Shown: positions 1 to 11,298 of the stretch, in pieces
How positions within the stretch are numbered: position 1 is the first letter of the stretch
How the letters are laid out: each line of letters opens with the position of its first letter
Origin: Peribolospora baueri
Taxonomy: Eukaryota
Direction of reading: 5' to 3'
DNA: 27,086 nt
Assembly: GCA_029717555.1 (NCBI GenBank)
Contig: JAMDHS010000086.1
Coordinates: 62,001 to 89,086, forward strand
Notes under the pieces: generated by a model
Databases searched by the model: none
What the model saw: the letters and a program-made list of their open reading frames with translations, nothing else
What the model was told of the DNA's origin: nothing
Program-made: the position numbers and the translations under genes

Positions 1-1263
1 GAGACCCATGGCGTTCGCGTTTGACACGGCGACGTCGGAAGACCCGTTGGCGGCTAAGATAGATTCCGAAAGGGATGGTAGAGCGGCGGCGATGTCGTCT
101 GCAGTGCTCCAAGGGAGAGTGGAGGAGGAGTTCTGGGACCGGACGACGAAAATGGAATATCCTGGTAGACGGCGACTCGCCCCAAATGAGATCGCAGACT
201 ATGTGCAGGCCGCTCCCGCCGGGTAGAATAAAGACAAACTCACCTTCCTTCTCTGCCTGCTGCAAAAGAGCTCCCAAATAATTCTTTCCGACCCACTGAG
301 GCTTCTCTAAGAAAGAGTTGAGGTTGAAGAATAAGTTGGGGTTATTGCCGAACCGGCGAATCGTGAACCAGTGGCTTTGGAAGTTGAGTACGAAGGCGTG
401 CTGGTCCTCAGGGGCGGACTGGGACGCCTCGAACCGCCAGCGCGGGAGGCTCAACGCCCATACTTCGAGAGCTACTTCGATGACATTGAGAGAGAAGAAG
501 CCTGCCTCCCGGAAGAACGAAAGGCAGATTCAAATCAATGACAGTGCAACAGAGAAACGGGGCCGAAGGGGAAGGACGGAGCGTCACTCACCGCTATCAT
601 CCATATTCAGAGACTGCTCGTCTCGAGAACGAAAAGCCTCATCGTCAAGTTGAGCTTGCTCGAGTTTGTCCAAATTCCTCGCGATCTCGCTGCGAGATGC
701 ATGTGTCGACGAGCACAATATCAGACGCGAGATGGCAGAGTGGAACGAGAGTTCCAATTCCAAGCCAATCAGCATACTCACGACAATTGGGAGGCATCGT
801 AGTACTGTCCCTCTAAAGCCACGAAAGTATTCAAATCAGACGGTGAGCGTTTTCACAGATGCGTGCCGACGGAACACACAGCAGCAAAGACGGCCCACGC
901 CCTCTTCCTTTCACGGACTCACGCAAAAGAGAGTTCAGGCAATGCCTTGTAGAGACCGATGAGAGTAGTAAAATCCAGAGCAACATATGCGCGTCGTCAG
1001 CTTCAACAGACAAGAGGGGCGTCATGCAATTTGGATCTCCGGTCGTGATTGCCAAGACTCACTGTGCGCAGAGCATACTCCCCGGCTCCTGCCGCTCTGA
1101 GCGAGAAGACAATCAAGCAGCAAGACATCCAACGGAAAGCGTTAGCTCAACCCGTCTATGAATCCCTTTCTCCTTCCCTCGTCGGTGCAAAACAAGCCCC
1201 AGCGCTGAGACTCAAGCGCCGCTCCTCACCGAAATGGATGTGAGGCACCAATCTGTCCGCCAT
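1..1263 (-). CDS. ATXN3: Ataxin-3-like Josephin-domain deubiquitinase, 3' end outside the window. Exons 1263-1230, 1096-1063, 945-923, 812-782, 689-592, 501-244, 161-<1
   Basis: Manual splicing with GT..AG introns gives MADRLVPHIHFERQEPGSMLCAQHCLNSLLQGQYYDASQLSEIARNLD...NMDDSGFFSLNVIEVALEVWAL...AFVLNFQSHWFTIRRFG...FFNLNSFL...EKEGYSIFVV. This matches the Josephin motifs (LCAQHCLN, NMDDSGFFS, HWF, NLNS, EGYSIFVV), and the Cys-His-Asn triad is intact. Confidence 0.93.
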
Positions 1264-1654
1264 GACGAGCCGACGTGCGCGCGGAAGCGCACAGATGTAT
1301 TGCTATGCTCGTCTCGTCCCTTATGGACTCGAGGGCGCTTTTTTTCGCCTTGATCGTTGTCGGTGGTCGTGGCCGTTGCTTGTCGCAGTCGTTCTCGACA
1401 CCCTTGATGAGAGTGATCGGATCGGACGTCACTCGCGCCCACGTGATAGGCTTGCTGCGGTAGTGGTGTCATGGCGGCGCGGATCCTACGATCGAACCAC
1501 GGCAGGCCGTCGGCAGTCACGACTGGCGTTCTTCCAAGCACCGGACAGCAACGCCTCGCCATCTTCTTTTTCATCGGCCCCATTCATCTCCTTTCCGGCG
1601 TCAAGAGCAGAATAAGAACGCACGGCGCAACGTGGAATGGCCAGGCCAGCAGTG

Positions 1655-3138
1655 ATGCGCCGTTTGCGCGCTTTGATCTACACACCCCTCTTCCTCGCCC
1701 TTCTCCAAACCCAGCTCGCGCTCGCCTCGTTCGACTGCAAGTTCTCTACGGGGGGGAACACGTACGACCTCACCCCTCTCCATCTCGCTACCATCGAGCG
1801 AAAGGAGTTCACGCCCCCAACGACCACTGTAACCTCTTACACTGTATCTCTCTGCTCGTCCATTCCACATGACGGCACATTGTCGGACGTGGATCAGTGT
1901 CCGGACGGAACAAGGGTGTGCATGGTGGTGAAAAATCAGAAGGAGGGAACGAAGGAAGATAGGGTTATCAGCGTTGTTCCCATCGCCGGGGACTTGGACG
2001 GATCCCAGATGGAGACGGAGACGGTGTTGGGAGAGAAGGGGCAAGAAAGGGAGCGTGAGTGGTCCCCCTTTCGCCATTGATCATCATCCTTTCACACACA
2101 TTTACATTTGTTCTTTTGGCTTGGGTGGGCAGCGCCATTAAATCTCACCCTCAAGGGGGGCAAGTACGTCTCCATCCCCCAATCGGCGCACATCACTCTG
2201 CTGTGCGACCCTACCTCCTCCGAGGTTGGTTTTGTTCCTTCTTCCGCTATCCGTGTTTCCGGCGTAGGTGGTGCCAAGAAGTGTCTCTTCTCTAACCATT
2301 GCCATCTGCAACCTCCCTTCTCTTCTCTATCTCACCCGTTACCTCTTTAACAGCCTTCAACACCCGAGTTCCTGTCCTACGACTCTTCGACCGGCACACT
2401 CTCTCTAAAATGGTTAACCCGACACGCCTGCCCAGTCTCTTCGACTGGAGAAGGTGGAAATGGGAAGGAGGAGGAGGAGGGTGCGGGTGGAGAAGGGGAA
2501 AGGGAGAATGAGGGCGGTTGGGGCTTCTTTGCGTGGTTCTTTTTCCTGTGGGTGCAAGACGTTTTCCATATTCAGGCTAATCGAATCGAGTTACACACTC
2601 AACGTCAATCTCAACATGGACCCTAATCCTCATCGGCTTGCCTTCTACACCCTTCCCATCGACAGCATCTTCTCCGGCTTCATCATCTACTTTGTCGTGG
2701 GAGTGTACAACAATTACAACCAATGTACGTCTTCTTCCTCCATCTATTCCTTGTGGGATTCATCCGCACGGCTTGCGTTGTATAACTCTTCTCATTCCCT
2801 GACTCTGTCGCCTCTATCTCTGTTTGATTATTTGCTTATAATAGACGGAGCGACTGGGTGGGATCTCATTCCGCACAGGTAAGTACATCCTTTACTCGCT
2901 CTTCCATGTACATTCCTTTCCTCCTCATTGCTTGCTATACGTAGTAGTACCATGCTCAATGCCAGCTTAGGCGTCCTTACGCTGACGAGTCCTTTTGTCT
3001 TCTCTTTCTCTCTGTCCGCACGACAGAGACTTCTGGCGAGACGTGCCTTACCTCGTCCAAGACGTGTGCGGGCATGTCGTACGCAGCTTCACAGGCCGAG
3101 ACGGCGGTGGAAGGGGAGGGTATGCGGCATTGGGCTAA
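1655..3138 (+). CDS. ATG27: Autophagy-related protein 27 / mannose-6-phosphate-receptor-like type I membrane protein, ~296 aa. Exons 1655-2054, 2133-2224, 2354-2547, 2666-2724, 2845-2878, 3027-3138
   Basis: Signal peptide; Cys-containing MRH-like lumenal domain (YDLTPL, SLCS, CPDGTRVC, LLCD, LKWLTRHAC); TM GWGFFAWFFFLIFSGFIIYFVVG; tail YNNYNQYGATGWDLIPHRDFWRDVPYL ending GGYAALG (YxxL sorting motif). An alternative in-frame ATG lies at 1637. Confidence 0.9.
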
Positions 3139-3917
3139 AGGGGAGGCGTGGTTGAGCGCCGCACCTTGCGCCATTTTTACTCGCACTCTGTTCTGCTTTA
3201 GTCCTCTCCTTAACGTCCTGTCCTGCGCCGCGGATATTCCCGTATGACGTTCATTCGGTTCCCTCTTCCACTTTCGTCCTCCCAAACGTTGTCTTAGGAG
3301 GCTCTCGTCGGCCCCATGGACCGCACCTGCCTTTATCCTAGGCGGGACGCTTAGACGGTGAATTGAGAGTTCATCCTGCCACCGTACTTGTACCGCCACA
3401 AACGAACGGATGGTTGCAAGTCCTCGCCTCTTCGGAGGAAGAAGGCAGGTGTGAATAAGAAGAACGAACGCATACATGCAACCAACCCGGTTGTCCTTTG
3501 CCGAGTGTGCCTTGGCTAGGTCAGGATATTGCCCACGAATGATAAGCTCTGATGGCTTGCCACCGCATCTCACCATTTGCCCAGAGACAATTGACCAGCT
3601 TGTGCAACAACCCACTCGGGTAAGGGTATGGAGCCACCTTAAAAGAAGTCCCTGTGAAGTAGAGATATCGAAGATGATCTCCAGCCGGATATCGGCCTGC
3701 AGGAGATGCAAGCGTGTATCTGTGAACGCGCTCCTAGCCGGGCCTTGCCAGGCATCAGTCTCTAGACATGGTCGATGCCGGCTCGCGCCAAGAGTGCCAT
3801 GCCCCTGCGAAACTCTCACTGCCATCAAACAGGACCGATTTGATCAAGACCCGCTTTCATCTGCGTCCGGCACACAGCATGCGAAGGGTATGCATATGAA
3901 TTAAGGAGACCGACGAC

Positions 3918-6900
3918 CTACGGGCCTCTATCGGGACGCGAGGCCGGTTTCACCGTGCCGAGGTCACCAGGAGCGGCTTCGTACAAGCTAAAGACAACGA
4001 CGAGATGAAGGAGGATGGAATAAGCGATGAAGGCGATACGGAGGATCCGCGAGCCGAGGATGAGTCGGGCGAGCGAGTGGAGGATCTTTTCGAAAATGTT
4101 GAGCGACGCGACTGCTCGGCTTTGTTCCTGCCATCATGTCACCACGCAAGCCGAAAGAGCGATGAGCAGATGAGATGGGATGTGCAGAGTATTGGTAAAC
4201 GGAACATAGACAGTCACTCACTCGGCCTCGGAACACCTCGAACGGGTTCACGCTTTGCTCGTACGCGTTTCTGTACTTGCTCAGCCCTTCATCGCGCCTC
4301 GTACTTTGAGGCGGGTACGAGTCTGTGAAGCGCGGTGTTGCTCCAGACGATCCTGAAGCAGCCGCTTCCTCGCGGTACGACTGCATATATCGGACCTTTT
4401 CGTACAGCTTCAGATTGTCCGCCTGGAGGGTCTTAACCTCTGCTCGCAGTTCGGAGATGGCCTCAAATTGCTTGCGAAGTTCCTGCGAGTTCAGAAGAAG
4501 AGAACGGCGTTAGGCTGGATAGGCTCATGGACGGAGTAAAGCCACTAGCAGGCACTTGCCTCTTCGAGTTCGGCGTTGCGTTGCCGGAAACGGTCTCGCT
4601 GGCTCGTGATGATGGGCAAAATGGACGTATCAGCCGAAGCCTGGAATGGCATCGGCGAGGCTCGTCCGACATCCTGTTCACAAAGCAAACATATAACACA
4701 CTCATGGTTAGTCGGTGTTCAGACCGTGCATTGAGTGACTATCTTAGGCCAAACGACGAAAGGTCCGCGTACCGGAGGGGTATCCTTCTGTCCGATCTTC
4801 AGGCCAGTTAGAGAGTCGGTGTTTTCGGCTTTGGCGGCTCCCGCTCCCGCTCCATCTTGTGAGGACCTATTTCCCTTGTCCAGAGACGTGGACCGCGCTG
4901 GCTGGTTGATAGAGACAAGGTCATTCTCCAGACGCTCGTTTAAGACCTTGAGTCGAGTGACTTGCTTCCGCAAGCTCTCGAGCTCGTTCGTCCGTGCCTT
5001 CGACTCGGACACGAGGTCGTCGTGCTCGTTCTTAGGACCGAAGGGTACAACAGGTCCAACAATGTAGGCGGTGCGTTAAAACGATGTCTTCGGTCAAGGC
5101 TTGGCCAAACCGTTCTGCTTACCCGTAGCTTGGTCAGCTCATCCTGCAGTTTGCGATTCTTTGCCATGAGCAGGTTCTCCAGAGGCTTGGCTTGAGTCTG
5201 ATCGCCTTTCGGAGTTGGCAATCGCATTTCGTTGACGTTGTCTTCGTCGTCGTTGCCATCGAGGTCATTCCCGGCAAATTCCACATACTGAGACGGGAAA
5301 ACGCTTCTGGTAAGAGAGTAACCCCGGCTCTCTTCCATCCCAGAGGCGCTGCCTACCTTTATGATCTCCAACTCGCGCTTGATCTCGTCGTAGTCGCTGT
5401 ATTGCTTAAGCTTTTGGCGCAGACTCTCCACCTCGCCGGTCTACCAACGTCGAAATGCAAGAGTCGATCAGCTGGCCTAATTGAGGAGATGCATACGTCT
5501 ATGCCAAGGAGTCACCAATATGTACCTTTCCGGCCAAATCCTTTGCGAGCTCGTCAAGGCGAACATTCGCCTGGTCCGCTGCCTTCTTGGCGACCGCCTT
5601 CTGAGTGTCCAAAGCCCGGAGGAGCCGGGCTCCCTCCGCTTCGAGTTCGGCGACCTGCGCCTCGAGAGCCTTTGTCCTGCGGGCATCCAATCGGTAAGAC
5701 GTTGAATCAATGCAAACCATGTGGCAATGACTCACCTCTCTTCCTGTTCGCTTCCGCTCCGTACAGCTTCGATCTCTGCCCGCAAGATTTCCTAGAACGT
5801 GATGAAGAGTGAAAACTACTTTAACTGGGCGAATTTACGGCAGCCAAAGATAGGCCCCAACAACTCACGTTTCGGCGTTCCACGTCCGCCACTCGACTGT
5901 TCGCCCGTTCAAGGTCCATGACGACCATGTCGAGCTCGGCGAGCTTGGCAAGGGTTTCTTGATCTGCTCGGGCACAGTTGAGGACAGTCAGATTTCCAGC
6001 ATGGGAAGGACAGGTACCGAGGTCGTCCCTCACCTTGTCGCTGACTCTGGTTGAGCAGCTTGGCCTGCGTGGTGTCGTTTGACGTCCGCAGATCCCTCAG
6101 CTGGTCTTTCGTCAGCGCCAGCTGACGTTGCAAATCCCTCTCCCTGTGTTTCGAAGCCCGGAGGTCGAAGAATTCAGAGGCAGGAACAGTGGTATGTGCT
6201 GAACGACCGTCCGCTCACCTTTCCTCGAGGTTACGTATTCGCTCGTCGTACGTAGCGTTGAGCTCATTCTCCTTCGCTGCCACTCTTTCCTTAATCATGT
6301 CCTCCATCTGCCCCGCCCGAATTCCGATTTGAGTCGTCAACTCTCGGCAATCCAGCTGAGTACAAATAGATAACACGGACCTTCGTCTCATATTTGTCGA
6401 CCTTGGCCTGCAGCTTTGCTCTTCCTTTCTCATCACCTTGCTGAGTGACCAATTCCTCGTTCCGTCGCTTCAGTTCGGCATTCTCCTGTCGCGCTTTCTC
6501 CAACTGCCCGGATAGCGATGCTGCCTCTGCAGCTGCAGCGGTTTGCTCCTGAGAAAAAAACAGAGCCAGGAGGAATGGGATAAGCAACTTCGCTGTTGCA
6601 GCTGCCGTGCATCACTCACTACTACTGCCTCGAGGAGTGGGTACGGATCCGGCGCTTCGGCTAGGAGCTTGTAAACACCTAGGAAACAGTTCTCGGCAAC
6701 CTTTGATCGTCGGGTGAGGTTGTCAATCTCCGCTTGGTAAGCTGTGAGACGGGTGGGTTGAAGGCAGCATGAGACGTAAGAAAAAGGCGCTCGCTGACCA
6801 CGACGCTGGTACGAAAGCGGAGAGACGCACCCTTGAGCAGGCTTTTGAAGGCAGAGGATTTCTCTCCTTCAGGGATCTTCTTAAACTCTTAGATTCACCA

Positions 6901-7297
6901 AACACAGAAGGAATGAGAAAAGTCAGAAGGACAACCTGTCGGTGACATACCCGGTCGTCGACGTCCGACCTCGCCTATAAAGCTTCTTCCACCGGCCGAC
7001 CGACGATGACGCTCATTGACAGGACAAAAATAAGGTTGCTCACCTCTCGTCTGCTCGGCCAGCTTCTTCCTCCCCACCACATTCTCCTTCTGATTCTCTA
7101 CGATCTCTAGCCCCTGCGTGTCGAGGCTCTGCTTGAGCTCGGTGAGGTCGATGTCTGCACGGTCAGGGGCGCAAGTAAGCGCCAGCGCGCCAGCGTCTGA
7201 AAAAAAAATCTAAAAAACTAGAACAAAAACAAGATAGAGGCGCACCTTTCCATGTCGCGATGGCTCCCGAAAAATCGACTTGTTCTCTGGAAGCCAT
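3918..7297 (-). CDS. COY1: Golgin CASP/Coy1 (CUX1 N-terminal homology region plus CASP C-terminal TM), multi-exon
   Basis: Spliced product contains LDTQGLEIVENQKENVVGRKKLAEQTREFKK, AYQAEIDNLTRRSKVAENCFL..YKLLAEAPDPYPLLE, YSDYDEIKRELEIIK, SILPIITSQRDRFRQRNAELEEELRK and LQADNLKLYEKVRYMQSY. The C-terminal TM IAFIAYSILLHLVVVFSLY keeps the conserved Tyr/His. ATG at 7297, TAG at 3920-3918. Confidence 0.93.
4483..4559 (-). other. GC-AG intron in COY1 (77 nt)
   Basis: Donor GAG|GCAAGT, branch CTAAC, acceptor CGCAG. Removing it restores the conserved RNAELEE-ELRKQF in frame. Confidence 0.85.
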
Positions 7298-7873
7298 GGT
7301 CGGATGGTCGTAGTGCGAGAAACGTTCATCGAGATCGCTGCTTGCTTCCAACTCAAAGGTGATCGCGCCGACTGCGGCCGGACGGGACCTCTCCGCTGAA
7401 TGCCGACTCATTAATGCAGACCTTCTTTCGGCGTCGCTATGAATTCTTCAAGCAACAATCACAACTCGACAGAAATGGGGGGCTGGCATATCGTACTGGT
7501 AGAGGGATGTGGACATAGGTTTCGCCAAAGCAGGAGAGGGAAGGGGTTTGGGCCGCTGGTCTTCTGGGCTCGACCCGAGCACGAGAATAGAGAGGTGACG
7601 GACCAGGCCATGAGCTCTTCAGTGTCTCAAAGTTCCAGAGCGACATTCGGTCGCGACTGACATCGGCACAAGGTCTTGCCGAAAGTCACCCCCTTGACGT
7701 GCCAGTCGACGTCTTGGTACGTCAAACAGTGCAAGCGGCCCAAGGGAAAGGGCAGCGACACTGGAACAGCGGGCGACGTCGTGTTTGGAGGCGAAAGTGG
7801 GGCTCACGCGCGGAGGCCGTTTCGTCCATCGTGTTGCTGGGCTCGGTCGGCATGGCCTCACTCTAGGACGATC

Positions 7874-10800
7874 TCAACCTATCGGCCAGCGTTGATCGTG
7901 CGCGTGAGGGGGGCCCCACACTCCGGCTCCACCTGCACCGACGGAGGGCACGTGCGCCGAGGGCGCGTGGTGGGACATCGTCGCCGGCGGGCTGGTCTGT
8001 CCAGCGGGTAGGACGGGCGAATAGTCAAAGCTAGGAGGTGGGTGTACGCTCATCGAAGGGTGTCCGTATAACTGGCCCAGCTCGCCTTGGCCTTGACCCT
8101 GCCCTGCGAATTGTGGGGTCGGGACGAAAGCGCTCTGTCGTTGAGTAGATGCCAAGATGGTACTGGGTAAGTGCATCTGCATTTGTGCCGGATGGGGAGC
8201 AGTACCAGGCGAGGGCGACCAAATGGAGTTTTGCTGTATAACCGGCGAGTTGGTCGAGTAAGACGCCACCTGGCCGAACAAGAGATGGGGCGTGGCAGAG
8301 TGTGTGCCGACGGAGACGCGAGGAGGAGTGGTAGACCCTGATCGTCCGCTAGGTGGGCCGTTCAGCATCTGCAGGAGCAAGTCTTGTGCGGTTTGCTGCC
8401 CATGCTGGGGAGTGGTAGCCCCATTGGTCTCCGTGGGGGGCTTGTAAAGCTCGGTCGAAGAAGGCACCGGCCTGCGTGGCGGAGACGTAGTAGCAACGAT
8501 GAGAATGTATGCGGTGGAAAGGAGAGTCAATTGGTGGGGGTAACTTACGCAGGCTTGGATCTCTGAGGGATCAAGATCGTCTCTCCTTCCTCGTCTTGAT
8601 CTCCCACACTGCTCTCCGTCTCCCCGTCCGCATGCTTCTGGGCCCGCCGCGCGACAGCTCGCATAGCCATATTCACAGGATCGTCCTCTGTGGCTTCAGT
8701 CACGTCATCGCGGATGGAACCTTCGTCGAGAGCAACTTCTCGCTCCCCTTGCCGCTCCTCAGCTTCTCCTTCGGCAGGAGGAGCCCGCAGAGTATCCACG
8801 AGCACAGGCCGAGGTGGTGGTAAAAAGAGGTCCTCATTGAATAACATGAACGTGTTGTGGGCGTCGTCAAAATATACGGGTGAAGCCTGCAAAGTGGGGA
8901 AGGCCTTCAGCTTCGAGGTGTTCTCTACCCCTCTAGGCCCTGCGATAACCGTCTCACCTCTGACTCGGCCACAAGCTTGGCATCGACGAGCAAATCAGCG
9001 ATCCTCATCAGCTGCTCTTCGTTGGGATGTACTTGACTTGCAGTGATCCCGGCATTCGCACTGGCGTTCGGTCCAAGGCCATCGCCGACGACTCCGACCC
9101 GCTCGTCGAACATGCCTCTCTTCACTGGTGCAAAACCGCGCATATCGATATCTTCCTCGAGATGCACCGCGCCACCAGACGTGAGGTCGGGAAGGGCATC
9201 GAATGGGAACGAAAAGCGGAGCATGTTGACGAAGTTGACATAGGAGTGCCAAAAGGACTTGATCGCCTGGGCGCCAGTTTGAACCTCCGTGCCTGTCGCC
9301 GGGTTTGGAGAAGAGACGTCGCACGGCGAGCTGCGACCGATGTAGTCGAGGTGGCTCTTCGTCCACTTGCTCGCGATCCGAAGGGCAGGGAGAGTGCGTC
9401 GGAAGGTTGCGCTGATCTTCTGGGCGACGGCGTGGCTGCCCGCTCCATGAACGGGACTGAGCTTCGCACCTCCAGACGCGGATTCGAGCACGTCCCGAGT
9501 CTCGGTAGTCCCAATGTCCATGAGGACCTGGTAAACGCCCAGTACATGGAGGAGGATAGACTTCTCGTAATCACTTGCGCTGTTTTCGCCGCTCTCGCTG
9601 GATGCCGGACGGGTATGACGCCGATGTTTGCTCCTCTCCCGAGATCCACCCCCTGGACGAGCGAGGAGGACATCAATCACGAATCGCTCTCCACAAGTTA
9701 TGGACCTGGACGAACGAGAGCTCACCGTCGCGATACAGTCGGCTCGTCCACAAGGCGCCCAGGCCGGTCACCGCCACCTTGACGATCTGATCTGAAAACA
9801 AGCTGCGAGCGCTGACCAAGGACGAGAACTGAGACAGGACGCGGGCGGAGAGCTCAGGAATGTCCCTCGCACTGCAGTCGAGATTCGGAAGCTACTGTCA
9901 GACAAGGACCATCTTCCGGAGCAACTAAACTCGTCCTTCCACACATGAGATCTTCAAACGAAGGCAAAGCTCACCCCGTCCTCAAATAGAAGAGTCCATG
10001 CAGCGCCACAAAGTCTCTCTTGAAGATGAGCACAGTTATCTCCTCGTCCCCTCCTGTTGTCGGCGGCCTTGCGGCATCCTGCTTTACCTTACGCCATGAT
10101 TCCACCGCTTTCAGCAGCGTTTTCTCCAAGTTCGGGCGAGCGTTGTCGAACGGTTGGCGCACGCAGAGGGCGCGGTAATAGTGATACGTTGAAGAGAAGA
10201 CGTCGCCGGTGTAGGTCGATATGACCGCGAGCTGGTTGGATGGATTGCCGTAGTCCGGCATGAGGAGCCTCGCCTGATGGTAGCACTCAGCGGCGGAAGC
10301 GTAGTCTTTGGGTGGATAAGCAGGCTCGGGAGCGTGTCCGCCCTTGCCAGCGCCGGGCCGACCGGCATTGCCGCCCCTGGCTCCTTTACCGCGGCCACTC
10401 CCGCGTCCATTCCCTCTTTCTTCCTTGTACTGCTCAGCGTACCTGGCCAAGTCACCGCAACAGATGAAGGCCTTGTGAACGAGCATCAAAATACGGTCCT
10501 TCTGGCTCGCGTTCAAGTCGGCCTCTGCGCCAGTCGGCCCGGAGAAGGTCATCGGGTCTGCAGAGGGCAGTCCTCGGTCGAATTCACCGCCCCTGCTCGG
10601 TGCCGAGAATAAAGGGCCTTCATCTCCGAGCGGGATGTGTAGTGCACGGAGGGCCGGTCGTGCCTCCTGCAAATCGAATACGTCGACGAGGCGGGAGACG
10701 AGATCCTTCCAAAAACGCTCTTCTCTGTTGAGGAACTTTCGGAATTCGGTGAGTGCTTTCCGCATTTCGACCGGTCCCGCAGCTTGTGCTCGCTGCTGTC

Positions 10801-11298
10801 CTTCCTCCGTCGATTCCTTGCTCCCTTTTCCTCCTCCCCTCTTTCGCCTTGGAGGTGGGCCGCTAACAGATATGACTTTCTCCAGGGACGTCAGCTTGGC
10901 GCGATAGGCCTGGATGAAGGCGTGCGTCGTTTCCAGCCATAGCAGATTGTCAACGCCCTGAGACTGGGGGGCGTAGGGATGATTGAATATGAGCGCCAGG
11001 TGGGTGCGACGAAGCCTGCCAGGAGCCAAGTTCAGCGTGGGGGGAAGGGGTGAGCGAACGAGCCTTAATGCCAAAGACGGAGAAGTGTGAGCTCACTTGT
11101 TCCGAATAAACTCAAGGTCAGAGTCGGAAGTCTTGCGCTCTTTGAGCAGCTCCTTGAGCTCGAGACCTAGACCCTTGGCCTCCCTGTGCACAGCGGATGG
11201 GAAGGCTGAGTTGAACAAGGAGCTCGGCAAGCGCTGTGACGCGCCGCGTCAGCTCACCGTGCCAGTTGGCTCGCCCTGTGATCCTTCTGCAAATCCAT
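7874..11298 (-). CDS. EST1/SMG7/Ebs1-family protein (14-3-3-like EST1 domain, low-complexity C-terminus, no PIN domain), multi-exon
   Basis: Motifs DNLLWLETTHAFIQAYR, HKAFICCGDLARY, YHQARLLMPDYGNPSNQLAVI, YHYYRALCVRQPFDNARPNL, LPALRIASKW, LEEDIDMRGFAP and HPNEEQLMRIADLL. The tail is P/Q/S-rich. The start CGCCATGG at 11298 has a short first exon ending at a GTGAGC donor. Confidence 0.88.

Noticed and set aside
8..226. 72-aa plus-strand ORF at the left edge
   Set aside because: Antisense to an ataxin-3 exon and intron.
2977..3828. 283-aa minus-strand ORF between ATG27 and COY1
   Set aside because: No recognisable motifs. It overlaps the last ATG27 exon antisense and the convergent 3'UTRs.
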